From the NCBI GenBank assembly GCA_964588165.1, contig CAZPMS010000001.1, forward strand, positions 164,722 through 228,721: a stretch of DNA of 64,000 nucleotides, written 5' to 3'. The DNA comes from an uncultured Gammaproteobacteria bacterium. Lineage in GTDB: Bacteria > Patescibacteriota > Patescibacteriia > UBA1558 > UBA10009. The notes beneath the pieces were generated by a model. The model was not told where the DNA came from and did no database searches. It saw only the letters and a list, made by a program, of their open reading frames with translations. A program made the position numbers and the translations under genes. Positions 1 through 10,646 of this stretch are shown one piece after another. Position 1 is the stretch's first letter; each line of letters opens with the position of its first letter.

Positions 1-1780
1 AATCATAAAAACTATCACTATAAACTAATTTCTTTTCTTTAATTGCTTTAACGCTGATGTTTATCGGATCATCAAGCGGAACTTTAAATTTACTGGGGTC
101 ATCGGGCAACATAGAAATAACTTTCTGAATTTTAGTGGTGTTAGAAATCGCCCCTACGCTTATGGTATTATCTTCAAAATTTATAAAACTTAAAATACCC
201 CCTATAAAACCCAGTTCTTTGCTTATTCCATCGGCAATGGTTTGCATAACTTTTTTAAAATCCAAAGACCTAGTAATTACATTTATTAAAGTCTGTAAGG
301 CGGTTAAATACTTATTCCTTTCTTCTAAATCCGCTGTTCGCTGCTCTACTAAAACTTCTAAATTGGTTTTAGCCAGCTGGACTTCTTCAAACAATTTAGA
401 TTTTTCTAAAGCCGTGGCCACCTGCGGTTCTAAAACTTCAAAAAAGTCTAAATCTGCTTGAGTAAATGGGCTTCCTGAAAGCTTATTTTCTATCAAAAAA
501 ATGCCCATCAATCCTTCTTCAGAAAATATCGGCACCACTAAAGAAATTTTTAAATCATCTAACCTTTTCTCCAACCTTTCTAAAACTTCAACTTTATCCC
601 TATTTTTTTTATCACTTTTTTTTCTGGAAATTTCTTCAGTAACCACTATCTCTTGATGCATTTTAAAAAATTCAAAAATAGTATCATCAGCTGGAAGTTC
701 CAATTTATTTTGCTCGTCTAAATTTTCATAACTTTTACCGTCATTTTTCAAAATTAAAAATGTAACTTTATGAAGCTTAATTCTCTCCTCTAATTTTATA
801 GTTAACGAAGATAATAATTTTTCAAGATCCAACTCTTTGGCTAAAATTTGGCCGGTTTCCCTTAATGCATCCTGATAATCTATCTTAGCTTTAAAGAAAA
901 ATTTATCTGTTAAGCTGGAAAGTAATTTTTTTAGAGGATCTAAGCCAATAACTATAATAAGTGAAACAAATAAAGTTACCCAAATCTGCCCTTGGCCTTC
1001 AAAAAACTGGGCTGATGAGAAGGTTATGAAAGTAAATGAAAGAGCAACAGTAAGAATTAAGATGAAATATAAAATACTTCTGGAAATAACAAACCGAATA
1101 TCCATGAGACGGTATTTTATTATTGCATATGAAATTAATATTGGATATATCGGGATAATAAAATTTCCATAAGGAGGAATTAAAATATCAAACCAAAGAA
1201 AAAAATTAAAAAAACCACCCGTTAACGCAATTAGACAAGCTATAGTTACATACTTTATTTGACTTTTTAAGTAACCCGATGTTTTTCCATAATAATTAAT
1301 CAATAAAATACCTGCATATACTGTAAGTAATAAATAATATAAAATATAAAATTTATATAACGGCCCAGCATTGGGCCAAAATGTAAAAAATAATTTTTGC
1401 TGAACACTTTCAACTAATAGAGGAGTGAAAAAATTAAAAAATGTAAATACTACTGCAACAATATATGAAATAACAAAAATCAACCTATTAAATTTTTTAA
1501 TTACTAAACCTTTAAAAATCAATGAAATCCATTGAACAAATAATACAGGTATCCAAATTGAGCCAATTGTTAAAAACTTTAACCAAAAAATTGCATTATC
1601 ATAATTATCATATTCTAATAACCACCTCCAATAACCAAACGACCAAAAAGCTGTGCAGAATGTTAACAACGAAAAAATTATATTAGAAAAATTCTTTCGT
1701 TTAACTAAAACAAAAATACTTATAAATAAAAAAACAATAAAGTTAATTAAACCCGAAACTGCAAAAATAAATTGATTCAT
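1..1780 (-). CDS. Membrane sensor protein, partial (C-terminus beyond window start). It has about 7 N-terminal TM helices followed by GAF-like and coiled-coil regions, so it is likely the N-terminal part of a sensor histidine kinase.
   Basis: By-eye translation of the minus strand from the ATG at 1780 gives MNQFIFAVSGLINFIVF... and a long stop-free frame running to position 1. It is absent from the ORF track because it is truncated at the window edge. There is a hydrophobic N-terminal third, then hydrophilic domains. Confidence 0.5.
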   Translation of the reverse strand, partial: MNQFIFAVSGLINFIVFLFISIFVLVKRKNFSNIIFSLLTFCTAFWSFGYWRWLLEYDNYDNAIFWLKFLTIGSIWIPVLFVQWISLIFKGLVIKKFNRLIFVISYIVAVVFTFFNFFTPLLVESVQQKLFFTFWPNAGPLYKFYILYYLLLTVYAGILLINYYGKTSGYLKSQIKYVTIACLIALTGGFFNFFLWFDILIPPYGNFIIPIYPILISYAIIKYRLMDIRFVISRSILYFILILTVALSFTFITFSSAQFFEGQGQIWVTLFVSLIIVIGLDPLKKLLSSLTDKFFFKAKIDYQDALRETGQILAKELDLEKLLSSLTIKLEERIKLHKVTFLILKNDGKSYENLDEQNKLELPADDTIFEFFKMHQEIVVTEEISRKKSDKKNRDKVEVLERLEKRLDDLKISLVVPIFSEEGLMGIFLIENKLSGSPFTQADLDFFEVLEPQVATALEKSKLFEEVQLAKTNLEVLVEQRTADLEERNKYLTALQTLINVITRSLDFKKVMQTIADGISKELGFIGGILSFINFEDNTISVGAISNTTKIQKVISMLPDDPSKFKVPLDDPINISVKAIKEKKLVYSDSFYD

Positions 1781-1784
1781 ATTT

Positions 1785-2561
1785 TTACTTAACACCGCTT
1801 ATAAGATAAGCCTGTTTTGCAAAAACCCTTTTAATTTTTACATCTCTAAAGCCAACCTCACTCATTAATTTATACAATAATTCTTTACTTAGAAAATGGT
1901 AAATTCCTTTTTTACCATTTAGTTGAATCTTGTTCGCATAATTTAATATCCTTGGACCAAAATAAATATATTGTGGGGTTAAAGGATTAAGTAATTCCCT
2001 CCAAGAAGCGATAAAAACTTTATAAAATTTTACGTTGTCGATAGGTGTTGTCCAAATTATAGTACCATCATTTTTTAATACTCTATACATTTCTTTTAAT
2101 GCCATCTTTAATGCCTCGTTTCCAACAAATCTATTTTCAAAAATAATTATATAAGATAAAACTAAATTTGCTATAACACCATCAAAATAACTATCAAAAA
2201 AAGTTAATTTATGCGATAAATCAACGTGTTTAATCTCAACATTCGCTCTTTTTTTCATTCTTTGAGTGGCCTGATCTAACATAACACCGTCAAAATCAAT
2301 ACCATAAACCTTGTAAACTTCCCTTTGATTCTTTAACAGTAAATCTATCATTGTACCTGGTCCGCAACCAGCATCAAGCCAAATTTTACGATTTTCTTGC
2401 GAAACAATGATACTTATTTCTTCTAGCATTTTTTTATATGGAGTGGCACCCTCTAAATACTTATAAATTTTTCCATAACTATTCCAAAATTTAGCTTCTT
2501 TCTCCCAAAAGCTTTTATTCTCATTTTTTATTGTTTTATCCTTATCTAAAAATAGTTCCAT
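1785..2561 (-). CDS. Class I SAM-dependent methyltransferase
   Basis: LDAGCGPGT glycine-rich SAM-binding motif (motif I), about 258 aa; immediately upstream of the sensor gene on the same strand. Confidence 0.7.
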   Translation of the reverse strand: MELFLDKDKTIKNENKSFWEKEAKFWNSYGKIYKYLEGATPYKKMLEEISIIVSQENRKIWLDAGCGPGTMIDLLLKNQREVYKVYGIDFDGVMLDQATQRMKKRANVEIKHVDLSHKLTFFDSYFDGVIANLVLSYIIIFENRFVGNEALKMALKEMYRVLKNDGTIIWTTPIDNVKFYKVFIASWRELLNPLTPQYIYFGPRILNYANKIQLNGKKGIYHFLSKELLYKLMSEVGFRDVKIKRVFAKQAYLISGVK

Positions 2562-2648
2562 ATTTCCTTAATTCTACCAAAAAAAGGGGTTTTCAGCAAA
2601 ATAAAAAACCAGCAACCTCTGCTGGTAAATTATCTAAATAATTTTAAC

Positions 2649-3419
2649 TTAAACTGATTGGATAAACTCATTAATTTTATTAAATATTATATCCTTTCTT
2701 TTAGAAGTAAGCGGGTTGTGGTTAACATCATCCAACATTAAAAGTTCTTTTTCAGAAGAATTAATTTTATCGTAGACAAATTGGGAACTCAAGGGATGGG
2801 TAATAGAATCATCCCGTGAATGGATTATAAGTGAAGGCATTTCTATTTTATGCAATTCTCTTTTAGTATAATTATTTATAAAGCTATAAAAATCATAAAC
2901 ATTTTTTGTTGGCACCATAACATAACAACCGCTATCTTCATATTCATACAAATATTCTTTTTTTACGTATTTTTTCTTATATTTTTTTATAAAAAGGTGG
3001 AAAAATGGCATTGCCATCTTAATTAATAATTCCTTCCTTAAAAAAACCGAAACCCCCATAGTGGTTATACCATCAACAATATCAGGATATCTGGCTGCCA
3101 AATCTAAAGACAAATTACCGCCAAAAGAATAACCAACTAAAAAAATTTTTTTAAATCTTTTGGAAGAATTTTTTAATTCATTTTCAACTGTTTCCCACCA
3201 GTCAAAATAAGAAGTTTTTTCCAGCTGGGTCCAATGGGAACCATGGCCAGCTAAAAGTGGCACTTTTACTGAAATGCCTTTAGAAACTAAAAATTCCGCT
3301 AATTCTTTCATATCATAAGGGCTCCCGGTAAAACCATGGACTAAAATAGCTAAGGTACCTGAGCCTGCATCAATAAAAAAAGGCTTAGCTTTCTCTCTAA
3401 TTTTGGTATTACTCTGCAT
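2649..3419 (-). CDS. Alpha/beta-hydrolase fold esterase/lipase
   Basis: HGFTGSP oxyanion region and GYSFGG (G-x-S-x-G nucleophile elbow) motifs. Confidence 0.7.
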   Translation of the reverse strand: MQSNTKIREKAKPFFIDAGSGTLAILVHGFTGSPYDMKELAEFLVSKGISVKVPLLAGHGSHWTQLEKTSYFDWWETVENELKNSSKRFKKIFLVGYSFGGNLSLDLAARYPDIVDGITTMGVSVFLRKELLIKMAMPFFHLFIKKYKKKYVKKEYLYEYEDSGCYVMVPTKNVYDFYSFINNYTKRELHKIEMPSLIIHSRDDSITHPLSSQFVYDKINSSEKELLMLDDVNHNPLTSKRKDIIFNKINEFIQSV

Positions 3420-3463
3420 AATTTACCTAAAATTAGCAAAAAAACAAAACTTTGTCAATATAT

Positions 3464-3718
3464 TTATTTTTCTTTTTTAGGCTTTTTTAAATGGCTTTGA
3501 TATTCTTTATCTTTAGTAATAGCCTCATCTATCATTTTTCTTAAAAAATCAGCTTTACTTAGCTTTTTTTGAAAAGCTTTTTGTTCCAACCATCGATTCA
3601 TAGTTTTTGAAATCCTTAGCGTATATTTAACGTGTGCGCCTAAAATCACTTTTTCTTTTGGTAAATACTCATCAACTATTTTTTTTATTTTTAATATTGC
3701 AATATCTATTTTATCCAT
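3464..3718 (-). CDS. Small basic hypothetical protein; possible DNA-binding accessory protein of the adjacent recombinase
   Basis: 84-aa ORF, Lys-rich, directly downstream of the serine recombinase gene; no recognisable motif. Confidence 0.3.
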   Translation of the reverse strand: MDKIDIAILKIKKIVDEYLPKEKVILGAHVKYTLRISKTMNRWLEQKAFQKKLSKADFLRKMIDEAITKDKEYQSHLKKPKKEK

Positions 3719-3890
3719 AATAATTCTTAATAATAAGGCAGTTTAGTATAGTTCGACGACCCTAAAATTACCATAGCCTCTTTTTTTTATTATGTCAATT
3801 TTTACTCCCATTCAAACCTAATTGAAATTACGATATTAACTGATGGGAAATTATCATTTTTTACTCGTTCTGACGATTTTACCCAGTTGC

Positions 3891-5663
3891 TTATTTTTCA
3901 AACATAATACAACTATTATTATAAGAATTCATTATCTTTGCTCCAATATTATCAAAATCTTTAATATTTCTAACAGGATTTCTGACCCAAACACCATTTT
4001 CTCTATAATTTACCCATAATTTAAATACATTAAACTCAATCTCAAGAAAAGAATATTTAGTTTTATAAATAACCCTTTTCTTCGTAATTACTTCTTCAAC
4101 ATCTTTTATGCCTAATAAAAACCTTCTTATATTACCGAATAAATTATGAACTTCCATAATAACTCTTCTGTTAATTAATTCACCAAGCACATATTGGTCG
4201 CCGATTTTCCTCTTTAATAGTTTTCCTTTATTGATTAATCTTGAATTTACGTTAAAATTTATTTTTTCATACTTTAAATCAAAATTAAACTTAATATATC
4301 TAATTGACTCCGAATTTGAATCTAAACTTTGATTATTAAACTCATTTTTATTAATTGCAGGAATAGAACAGTATAACTTTAAATAATTTTTATAAACAAT
4401 AACTTTTTCAATAATTGACCTTATTATTTCCCTTTTTTGTTTAAAACTTAAACAGCTTAAAGAATTTTTATACTCAACTAATAATAATTTGTGAAAATTA
4501 TAACTTTTAAAATACAAATCCTTATCAATATAGCTATAAAGTGACTCTGGTCTAGTTAATAACTCTTTAACCTTATACCAAACAACATCATCAAGTATAC
4601 ATGTTCTAATTTGTATAGCTGGACATAATTTATCAGTTTTAAATTTTCTCTTATTAGTGCAAATATAATATTTAGTTCGATAAAAATGTTTTTTCTTAAA
4701 ATGGTTTTGTATTGATCTTGTATACGCGCGCCCACAAATGCCACATTTTAAAATTGAACGCAATAATGAATCACTAACTTTTTTAAAATTTTCTCTACTT
4801 TTAAATCTGCTATCTCTTATACTCTCTGCTCTAATAAAAACTTTTTTATCAATAATTTTGGGAACATTAATTTTTATCCAGTCTTCTTTCGGTCTTAAAA
4901 TTTTTCTAGCTCTAAATTTACTCCTGTCAGCATATTTCCTAAAATAAGTTTCACCAGTATACGCCTCATTTCTTAGTACGTGGTATATTGTATTCTGATC
5001 CCAAAATATTTTTTTATTTTTTTTCTTATGCGTACGCCTGTATGCATATTTTGTAGAAATTTTCATACCAATAATTGTTTTTTGTATTCTTCCTACGCCC
5101 ATACCTTTATTAATAAATAAATGATAAATTAGTTTTACTATCTCTGCTTCCTTTTTATTTATTATTAAATTTTTATTTTTTCTGTTGTAACCAAATGGGA
5201 CACTTCCGAACCAAGTACCTTTGTTCATAGATTTAATCATGCCGCCCACATTTCTTTCTTTGATAAGATTGCGTTCAAATTCAGCAAATGCTGATAATGT
5301 TGAAATAATTAATTTTCCAGTAGTTGTAGCTACTTCAAACGGCTCACTTACACTCCTTACTTCTATTCCTAAATTATTTAACTCGGCGATTAAATTTAAA
5401 AACATTATTTGATTCCGGGCTAATCTATCAATTCTATAAAAAACAAGGGCATCAAATTTTTTTTCTCTTGCTTCTTTTATTAATTGAGTTAATTGCGTTC
5501 TTTTTAATACATAGCCGCTCTCACCTTCCTCTCTAAATAATTTATAAAACTCCCAACCTTTTAATTCAATAAATTTTTTACAACTTTCAAACTGATTTTC
5601 TAAAGAAAATCCCTTAATTTGTTCGTCTGAGCTAACGCGGGTATATATTGCTGCTTTTTTCAT
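3891..5663 (-). CDS. Large serine recombinase (resolvase/invertase N-terminal catalytic domain plus recombinase domain and Cys-rich zinc ribbon)
   Basis: N-terminus MKKAAIYTRVSSDEQ carries the catalytic Ser motif of serine recombinases. 590 aa with Cys pairs (CGICG...C...C) typical of large serine recombinases/phage integrases. Confidence 0.85.
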   Translation of the reverse strand: MKKAAIYTRVSSDEQIKGFSLENQFESCKKFIELKGWEFYKLFREEGESGYVLKRTQLTQLIKEAREKKFDALVFYRIDRLARNQIMFLNLIAELNNLGIEVRSVSEPFEVATTTGKLIISTLSAFAEFERNLIKERNVGGMIKSMNKGTWFGSVPFGYNRKNKNLIINKKEAEIVKLIYHLFINKGMGVGRIQKTIIGMKISTKYAYRRTHKKKNKKIFWDQNTIYHVLRNEAYTGETYFRKYADRSKFRARKILRPKEDWIKINVPKIIDKKVFIRAESIRDSRFKSRENFKKVSDSLLRSILKCGICGRAYTRSIQNHFKKKHFYRTKYYICTNKRKFKTDKLCPAIQIRTCILDDVVWYKVKELLTRPESLYSYIDKDLYFKSYNFHKLLLVEYKNSLSCLSFKQKREIIRSIIEKVIVYKNYLKLYCSIPAINKNEFNNQSLDSNSESIRYIKFNFDLKYEKINFNVNSRLINKGKLLKRKIGDQYVLGELINRRVIMEVHNLFGNIRRFLLGIKDVEEVITKKRVIYKTKYSFLEIEFNVFKLWVNYRENGVWVRNPVRNIKDFDNIGAKIMNSYNNSCIMFEK

Positions 5664-5949
5664 ATTTTTTTTGTTAAAAAAATTTTTAAATATTTCAATG
5701 ATCCTTTCTAAAAGTATATTTTTTATTAAAATTTAACACAATAAAAAAGGTGAGGTTAAGAAGCTACTCGAGCTCTTACCTCACCCTATATTTGGCTTTT
5801 TTAGCCAAAATACTACTCGAGAAAAATTTTCTAAATTTTTAGGCGAAATATATTATTTTATACCCAACATTTAGAAAAGAAGTTTAAGTGGTCAAAACAG
5901 GGTCGGATTGGATTATTCTAGTCTAGCCCTGTTTTTTTATTATATCAAT

Positions 5950-5990
5950 CAAAAAACCGCCTATAAAATAAAAGCGGTTTTTAAAAAAAT
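5950..5990. terminator. Bidirectional intrinsic terminator (aaccgc...gcggtt flanked by A/T runs) downstream of gap
   Basis: Perfect 6-bp GC stem with a T-run on one side and an A-run on the other. Confidence 0.6.
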
Positions 5991-6070
5991 TTTTTTTATA
6001 ACTTCCACCATTTCCACCCCTCGGCTTTGCTCAGGGTCTTCACTATAATATCAAATAAAACTAAACAGTA

Positions 6071-7069
6071 TTAACTTACTACGGAAATCATCTCAACCAA
6101 TCTATTGGCATAACCCCATTCGTTATCATACCAAGAAATAATCTTCAATAAATCACCATCTACAACTTGGGTAAGTGATAAATCAACTATTGATGAATGC
6201 GAATTGCCGATAATATCAGAAGAAACAATCGGCTCTTCGGTAACTTCCAAAACATTTTTATAAAGCGGCATTTTGGCTGCGGCCTTAAAAGCTTCTATAA
6301 CTTCTTCTCTGGTGGTGGATTTTTCTAAAACAATAGTAAAATCGGAAAGTGAACCGGTTGGAGTAGGTACTCTAACTGACATGCCGTCAAATTTATTTTC
6401 CAGTTCCGGAATTGTTTCGGCTGTGGCTTTAGCTGCTCCGGTTGTGGTAGGAATAATATTAATTGCTGCGGCCCTGGCCCTTCTTAAATCCTTATGGGGT
6501 GAATCTACTATTCTCTGGTCAGCCGTATAAGAATGGATGGTGGTCATTAAAGCTTTTTTAATCCCCCACTTCCCCATTACCACAGCCATTACAGGAGCTA
6601 CGCAGTTGGTAGTACAAGAAGCATTATCTATAATTTCTTCACCATTATATTCTTTATCATTAACACCTAAAACTAAGGTTTTGGTTTCATTATCTTTAGA
6701 AGGTGCAGACATTATTACTTTTTTAGCGCCAGCCGTAAGGTGGGCACTAGCTGTTTCCTTGGTCCTAAAAACGCCGGTACATTCCAAAACAACATCAACT
6801 TCCAAATCCTTCCAAGGGAGCTTTGCCGGCTCTTTTATGGTTAGCGATTTTATTTTTTTGCCATCGACAATTAAATACTCTTTATCAGCTCCTATTGATT
6901 TGGCAAATTTGCCGTAAACAGAATCATACTTTAATAAATGAGCTAAGGTGTTATTATCAGTTAAATCATTAATGGCTACAACTTCTAAATTTTTATTTTC
7001 TACAGCTATTTTAAAGGCGGCTCGGCCAATACGGCCAAATCCGTTAATAGCTACTTTAATTTTTGCCAT
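6071..7069 (-). CDS. gap: Glyceraldehyde-3-phosphate dehydrogenase (type I)
   Basis: MAKIKVAINGFGRIGR NAD-binding N-terminus, catalytic SCTTNC region, 332 aa. Confidence 0.95.
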   Translation of the reverse strand: MAKIKVAINGFGRIGRAAFKIAVENKNLEVVAINDLTDNNTLAHLLKYDSVYGKFAKSIGADKEYLIVDGKKIKSLTIKEPAKLPWKDLEVDVVLECTGVFRTKETASAHLTAGAKKVIMSAPSKDNETKTLVLGVNDKEYNGEEIIDNASCTTNCVAPVMAVVMGKWGIKKALMTTIHSYTADQRIVDSPHKDLRRARAAAINIIPTTTGAAKATAETIPELENKFDGMSVRVPTPTGSLSDFTIVLEKSTTREEVIEAFKAAAKMPLYKNVLEVTEEPIVSSDIIGNSHSSIVDLSLTQVVDGDLLKIISWYDNEWGYANRLVEMISVVS

Positions 7070-7104
7070 AAATATAAAAAGTTAATTTTCTTACTATTAT
7101 TATA

Positions 7105-7911
7105 TTACTTAATAGGAACTTCCACAATATTATAGTTTTTTTCATCGCCAATATTAACATCTATAGTACCCTTTAAAGTATGCCAGGAAACAACTACGCC
7201 AGCGCCTTTTTCGGTTTTAACGGTTGTGCCTAGTGCCGGAAATTTTTTAGCCAGCTCTTCATATATTGGCTGTTCATACCTAAGGCAACATTTTAACCTG
7301 TCACAAACTCCAGAAAGCCTTTCTGACCCCCGATGGGCCACCTGCTGGCATTTAGCAAAATCGGTGGTAACATTGCCCAGCTCTTTAAGATGAGTTCTGC
7401 AACAAAGAGTTTTTCCGCATTGGCCGATATCTCCCCTAAATTTTGCTTCATCCCTTACGCCTATTTGCTGCATCCGGATTGTTATGGAATATTTTCTGGT
7501 TAGTTCTTTAACTAGCTCCCTAAAATCTATTCTGCCATCAGCAATAAAAGCAAAAACCAATCTTTGATTATCAAAAGAAGTGTGGACATCAACTAGCTTC
7601 ATATCCATCTTATATTTTTTAATTAAACTACGGCAAAATTCTATTTTTTCCAACCTGTTTTTATTTAATTCTAAATACTTTAATTGGTCAGCGGCTGTGG
7701 CCTTTCTAATAACCGGCTTAATTTCATCTATTCCTTCCGGTTTTTGACTAAGCTCGCCCGCAGCCTTTACTTTGCCTAAATCTGTTCCTACGGTTGTTTT
7801 AAGGATAACTTCATCCCCCTTTTTTAAATCTAAAAGCCTGCCCTCACTATCCTCGGGTTTAAAATAATAACTTTGATCCCAAGGAGTAAATTGTACTTCT
7901 ATAATCTGCAT
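7105..7911 (-). CDS. PSP1/RicT (YaaT)-like Cys-rich regulatory protein
   Basis: 268 aa with a conserved Cys cluster (GQCGKTLCCRTH...CDRLKCCLRYE) resembling the PSP1 C-terminal domain of RicT-family proteins. Confidence 0.45.
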   Translation of the reverse strand: MQIIEVQFTPWDQSYYFKPEDSEGRLLDLKKGDEVILKTTVGTDLGKVKAAGELSQKPEGIDEIKPVIRKATAADQLKYLELNKNRLEKIEFCRSLIKKYKMDMKLVDVHTSFDNQRLVFAFIADGRIDFRELVKELTRKYSITIRMQQIGVRDEAKFRGDIGQCGKTLCCRTHLKELGNVTTDFAKCQQVAHRGSERLSGVCDRLKCCLRYEQPIYEELAKKFPALGTTVKTEKGAGVVVSWHTLKGTIDVNIGDEKNYNIVEVPIK

Positions 7912-7967
7912 ATATTAACAAATAAAAATTGATGAATAATGATTGATTAATTTTTAATTATTATTTT

Positions 7968-8663
7968 TTAATCATTAATAATACTTCCTAAATTCTTACC
8001 ATTTATTAATTTGACCAAATTATCTTGTTCCCATTTAATAATTCTAATCGGCAGTTTATTCTCACGGGCTAACGAAACTGCCGTAGTATCAATTACTTTA
8101 AGATCTTTCTCCAAATATTTTTGATATGAAATTTGTTTGATTTTTTTTGCTGACTTATTTTTTACTGGGTCAGCCGTATAAATGCCGTCTACTTTAGTTG
8201 CTTTTATAAAAACTTCGGCACCAACTTCTAAAGCCCGCAAAATTGCGGCCGTATCAGTTGTGAAGAAAGGATGGCCGGTTCCGCCGCCAAAAATTAAAAC
8301 TTTATTTTTCTGCCAGTCTTTTTTTACTTTGGCATAATTAAAAATAGGATATTTTGACTTTATAGAAAAGCTGGTATAAACCTGGACAGGAATTTTTGAT
8401 TTTTTTAAAAATTTTTCTAAAGGATATACATTCTTTAAAGTACCTTTTATTCCTTTTATATCCACTTCTACCCTATCCCCCTTTTTAGTATCTTTCCACC
8501 GGCTTACATTTCCGCCACCGCAAACAACGGCAACTTTAACTTTTGACTTTCTTAATTGCTTTATTTCGTCCACTATTTTTTGGACACCGGCTGAATCTAT
8601 TTTTTTACCCTTTTTTCCAAAGGATTCACCGGAAAATTTTATGAGAACTTTTTTATATTTCAT
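7968..8663 (-). CDS. pyrH: Uridylate (UMP) kinase
   Basis: KVLIKFSGESF...VAVVCGGGN amino-acid-kinase family motifs; position downstream of tsf. Confidence 0.9.
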   Translation of the reverse strand: MKYKKVLIKFSGESFGKKGKKIDSAGVQKIVDEIKQLRKSKVKVAVVCGGGNVSRWKDTKKGDRVEVDIKGIKGTLKNVYPLEKFLKKSKIPVQVYTSFSIKSKYPIFNYAKVKKDWQKNKVLIFGGGTGHPFFTTDTAAILRALEVGAEVFIKATKVDGIYTADPVKNKSAKKIKQISYQKYLEKDLKVIDTTAVSLARENKLPIRIIKWEQDNLVKLINGKNLGSIIND

Positions 8664-8679
8664 ATGGCACTAATAACCC

Positions 8680-8790
8680 ACCGATCTATCACTGATGAAG
8701 CGCTGATTAATCACTGATATTAATATCGGTGAGCCATCTGTGATATATCCGTGATAGCTCAGCGTATATCCGTGATTTATCCGTGGTACT
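8680..8790. repeat. Interspersed palindromic repeat element, copy A (inverted relative to copies B and C)
   Basis: Reverse complement of 8680-8765 is near-identical to 13270-13352 (gagctatcac(a/g)gatata...ctcaccgatattaatatcagtgattaatcagcgcttcatcagtgatagatcggtgg). The internal palindromes caccgat/atcggtg, tgattaatca and atattaatat, and three ~10-bp tatccgtgat sub-repeats, are all seen directly in the sequence. Confidence 0.8.
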
Positions 8791-8863
8791 TTAATTCATT
8801 TTAGCAATAAAACACTAATCTGACTATTACTTAAAAGACCCGCCGATGAGGCGGGCCTCCTTA

Positions 8864-9643
8864 TTATAAACTAATTCTGATAAATCGTTCAACTTTTGCT
8901 TCACCCAAATATTTTTCTATTGTTAGCTTATCATCCTTTATATACTGTTGTTTTATTAAACAAACTTCGGCGTAAAATTTTTGGACCTTTCCTTCAAGAA
9001 TTTTTTCCAGCATTTCTTCGGGTTTATCTTCCTTCTTTAATTGTTCCCTGTAAATTTCTTTTTCCTTTTCTAAAACGTCTGCCGGAACATCTTCTGGTTT
9101 TAAGTAGGTTGGGTTCATAGCAGCTACATGCATAGCTACATCTTTGGCTTTTTCTTCGTCACCGCCAGTTAAAACAACTACAGAAGCGATTTTATTATTG
9201 GCATGCAAATAGCTTCCTATAATCTCTCCAGCTGAGCTGGATTCAATAATATCAAAACCGCCCAACTTTATATTTTCACCTATTTTAACAATTAAATTAT
9301 TCTGGATTTCTGCCTCGGCCCATTTGGCAAATTCATCTTTGCCAACTTCCAAAAGTTTTTTAGAAAATATATCTACGGCCGAAATAAAATTTTCGTTTCT
9401 GGCTACAAAATCCGTTTCACAAGCTAAAGCCACCACTGCAATTTTATTTCCTTCTTGATGCATAGCCACCAAACCTTCATTAGTGGAACGTTCGGCTTTT
9501 TTGGCTGCAATTTTTTGGCCAGATTTTCTTAAAATTTCTACGGCACCAGTTTCGTCTCCGCCAGCTTCATCCAAAGCCTTTTTAATATCTCCAATGCCAG
9601 CGCCGGTTTCGTCTCTTAATTTTTTTATAATTTCTAATGACAT
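8864..9643 (-). CDS. tsf: Elongation factor Ts
   Basis: N-terminal UBA-like MSLEIIKKLRDETGAGIGDIKKAL; rpsB-tsf-pyrH synteny. Confidence 0.9.
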   Translation of the reverse strand: MSLEIIKKLRDETGAGIGDIKKALDEAGGDETGAVEILRKSGQKIAAKKAERSTNEGLVAMHQEGNKIAVVALACETDFVARNENFISAVDIFSKKLLEVGKDEFAKWAEAEIQNNLIVKIGENIKLGGFDIIESSSAGEIIGSYLHANNKIASVVVLTGGDEEKAKDVAMHVAAMNPTYLKPEDVPADVLEKEKEIYREQLKKEDKPEEMLEKILEGKVQKFYAEVCLIKQQYIKDDKLTIEKYLGEAKVERFIRISL

Positions 9644-9661
9644 TTGATTATTGATTATGGC

Positions 9662-10357
9662 TTATTGATTATTGATTTCTGCTTTCCCCTCATTTACAGC
9701 CTCGGCAACTGAATTAGTGATTAAATTAATAGATTTCACAGCATCATCATTGGCTGGAATAGGATACTTGATATCTTTTGGATTAACGTTGGTATCAACC
9801 ATAGCCAGCATAGGCACTTTCTTTTTAGCTGCCTCGGCTACTGCGCTTTTATCTTTTTTAATATCTACCACAAACATGGCTTCCGGCAATCTGGACATTT
9901 CTTTAATGCCACCAACTAAATCATTAAGTTTGGTAATTTCTCTGGTAAAATCCAGCTGTTCTTTCTTTGTATATTTTTCCAATTCACCAGTCCGCTTTTT
10001 TTCTTCCAATTCTTTAAGCCTTTTAGTTAATTTAATGATGTTGGTAAAATTAGTAAATGTTCCGCCCAGCCATCTGGAATTAATATAAGGCATGCCACAG
10101 CTTTCTGCAGCCGTTTTAATTATTTCTTTAGCTTGTTTTTTTGAAGAAATAAAAAGGACTACTCCGCCTTTGGAAGCAATCTCTTTAACAAAATCTAAAG
10201 CCTCTTTCAGCTTTTCTGCTGTCTGCTCTAGATCAATGATACTTATCCTGTTACGGGTGGTATGAACATACTTGCCCATTTTAGGATATTTTTTTGAAGA
10301 TTGATGGCCAAAATGCACACCGGCCTTAAGCATCTCCAATAATTCTGGGGTTTTCAT
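9662..10357 (-). CDS. rpsB: 30S ribosomal protein S2
   Basis: MKTPELLEMLKAGVHFGHQ, the conserved S2 N-terminus. Confidence 0.95.
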   Translation of the reverse strand: MKTPELLEMLKAGVHFGHQSSKKYPKMGKYVHTTRNRISIIDLEQTAEKLKEALDFVKEIASKGGVVLFISSKKQAKEIIKTAAESCGMPYINSRWLGGTFTNFTNIIKLTKRLKELEEKKRTGELEKYTKKEQLDFTREITKLNDLVGGIKEMSRLPEAMFVVDIKKDKSAVAEAAKKKVPMLAMVDTNVNPKDIKYPIPANDDAVKSINLITNSVAEAVNEGKAEINNQ

Positions 10358-10646
10358 AATTTTTTCCTTTCTATCAAGCTAAGCTTGATACCTCCATTCC
10401 CGCTTTCGTTCTAATGAACGCAAGGAAAATATGGGAATGTGAGAGATAGTTAATAATCATGTATCGTATATCGTTTTTCGTATATCCTTATTTTTATTGA
10501 ACTTTATGGATACACTATACACAAAATACGTTACATGAAAAGATTTTAACACAATAGCCTATTTTTGGCAAGGCTATAACCTTAGGGATTGACAAAACAA
10601 CCTTCATTTAATAACCTAAGGGCGAAAGATAAAAGCTCATTCACAT

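Noticed and set aside
135-461. 108-aa + strand ORF at the window start
   Set aside because: It lies entirely antisense within the long minus-strand sensor gene (1..1780); it is low-complexity with no RBS.
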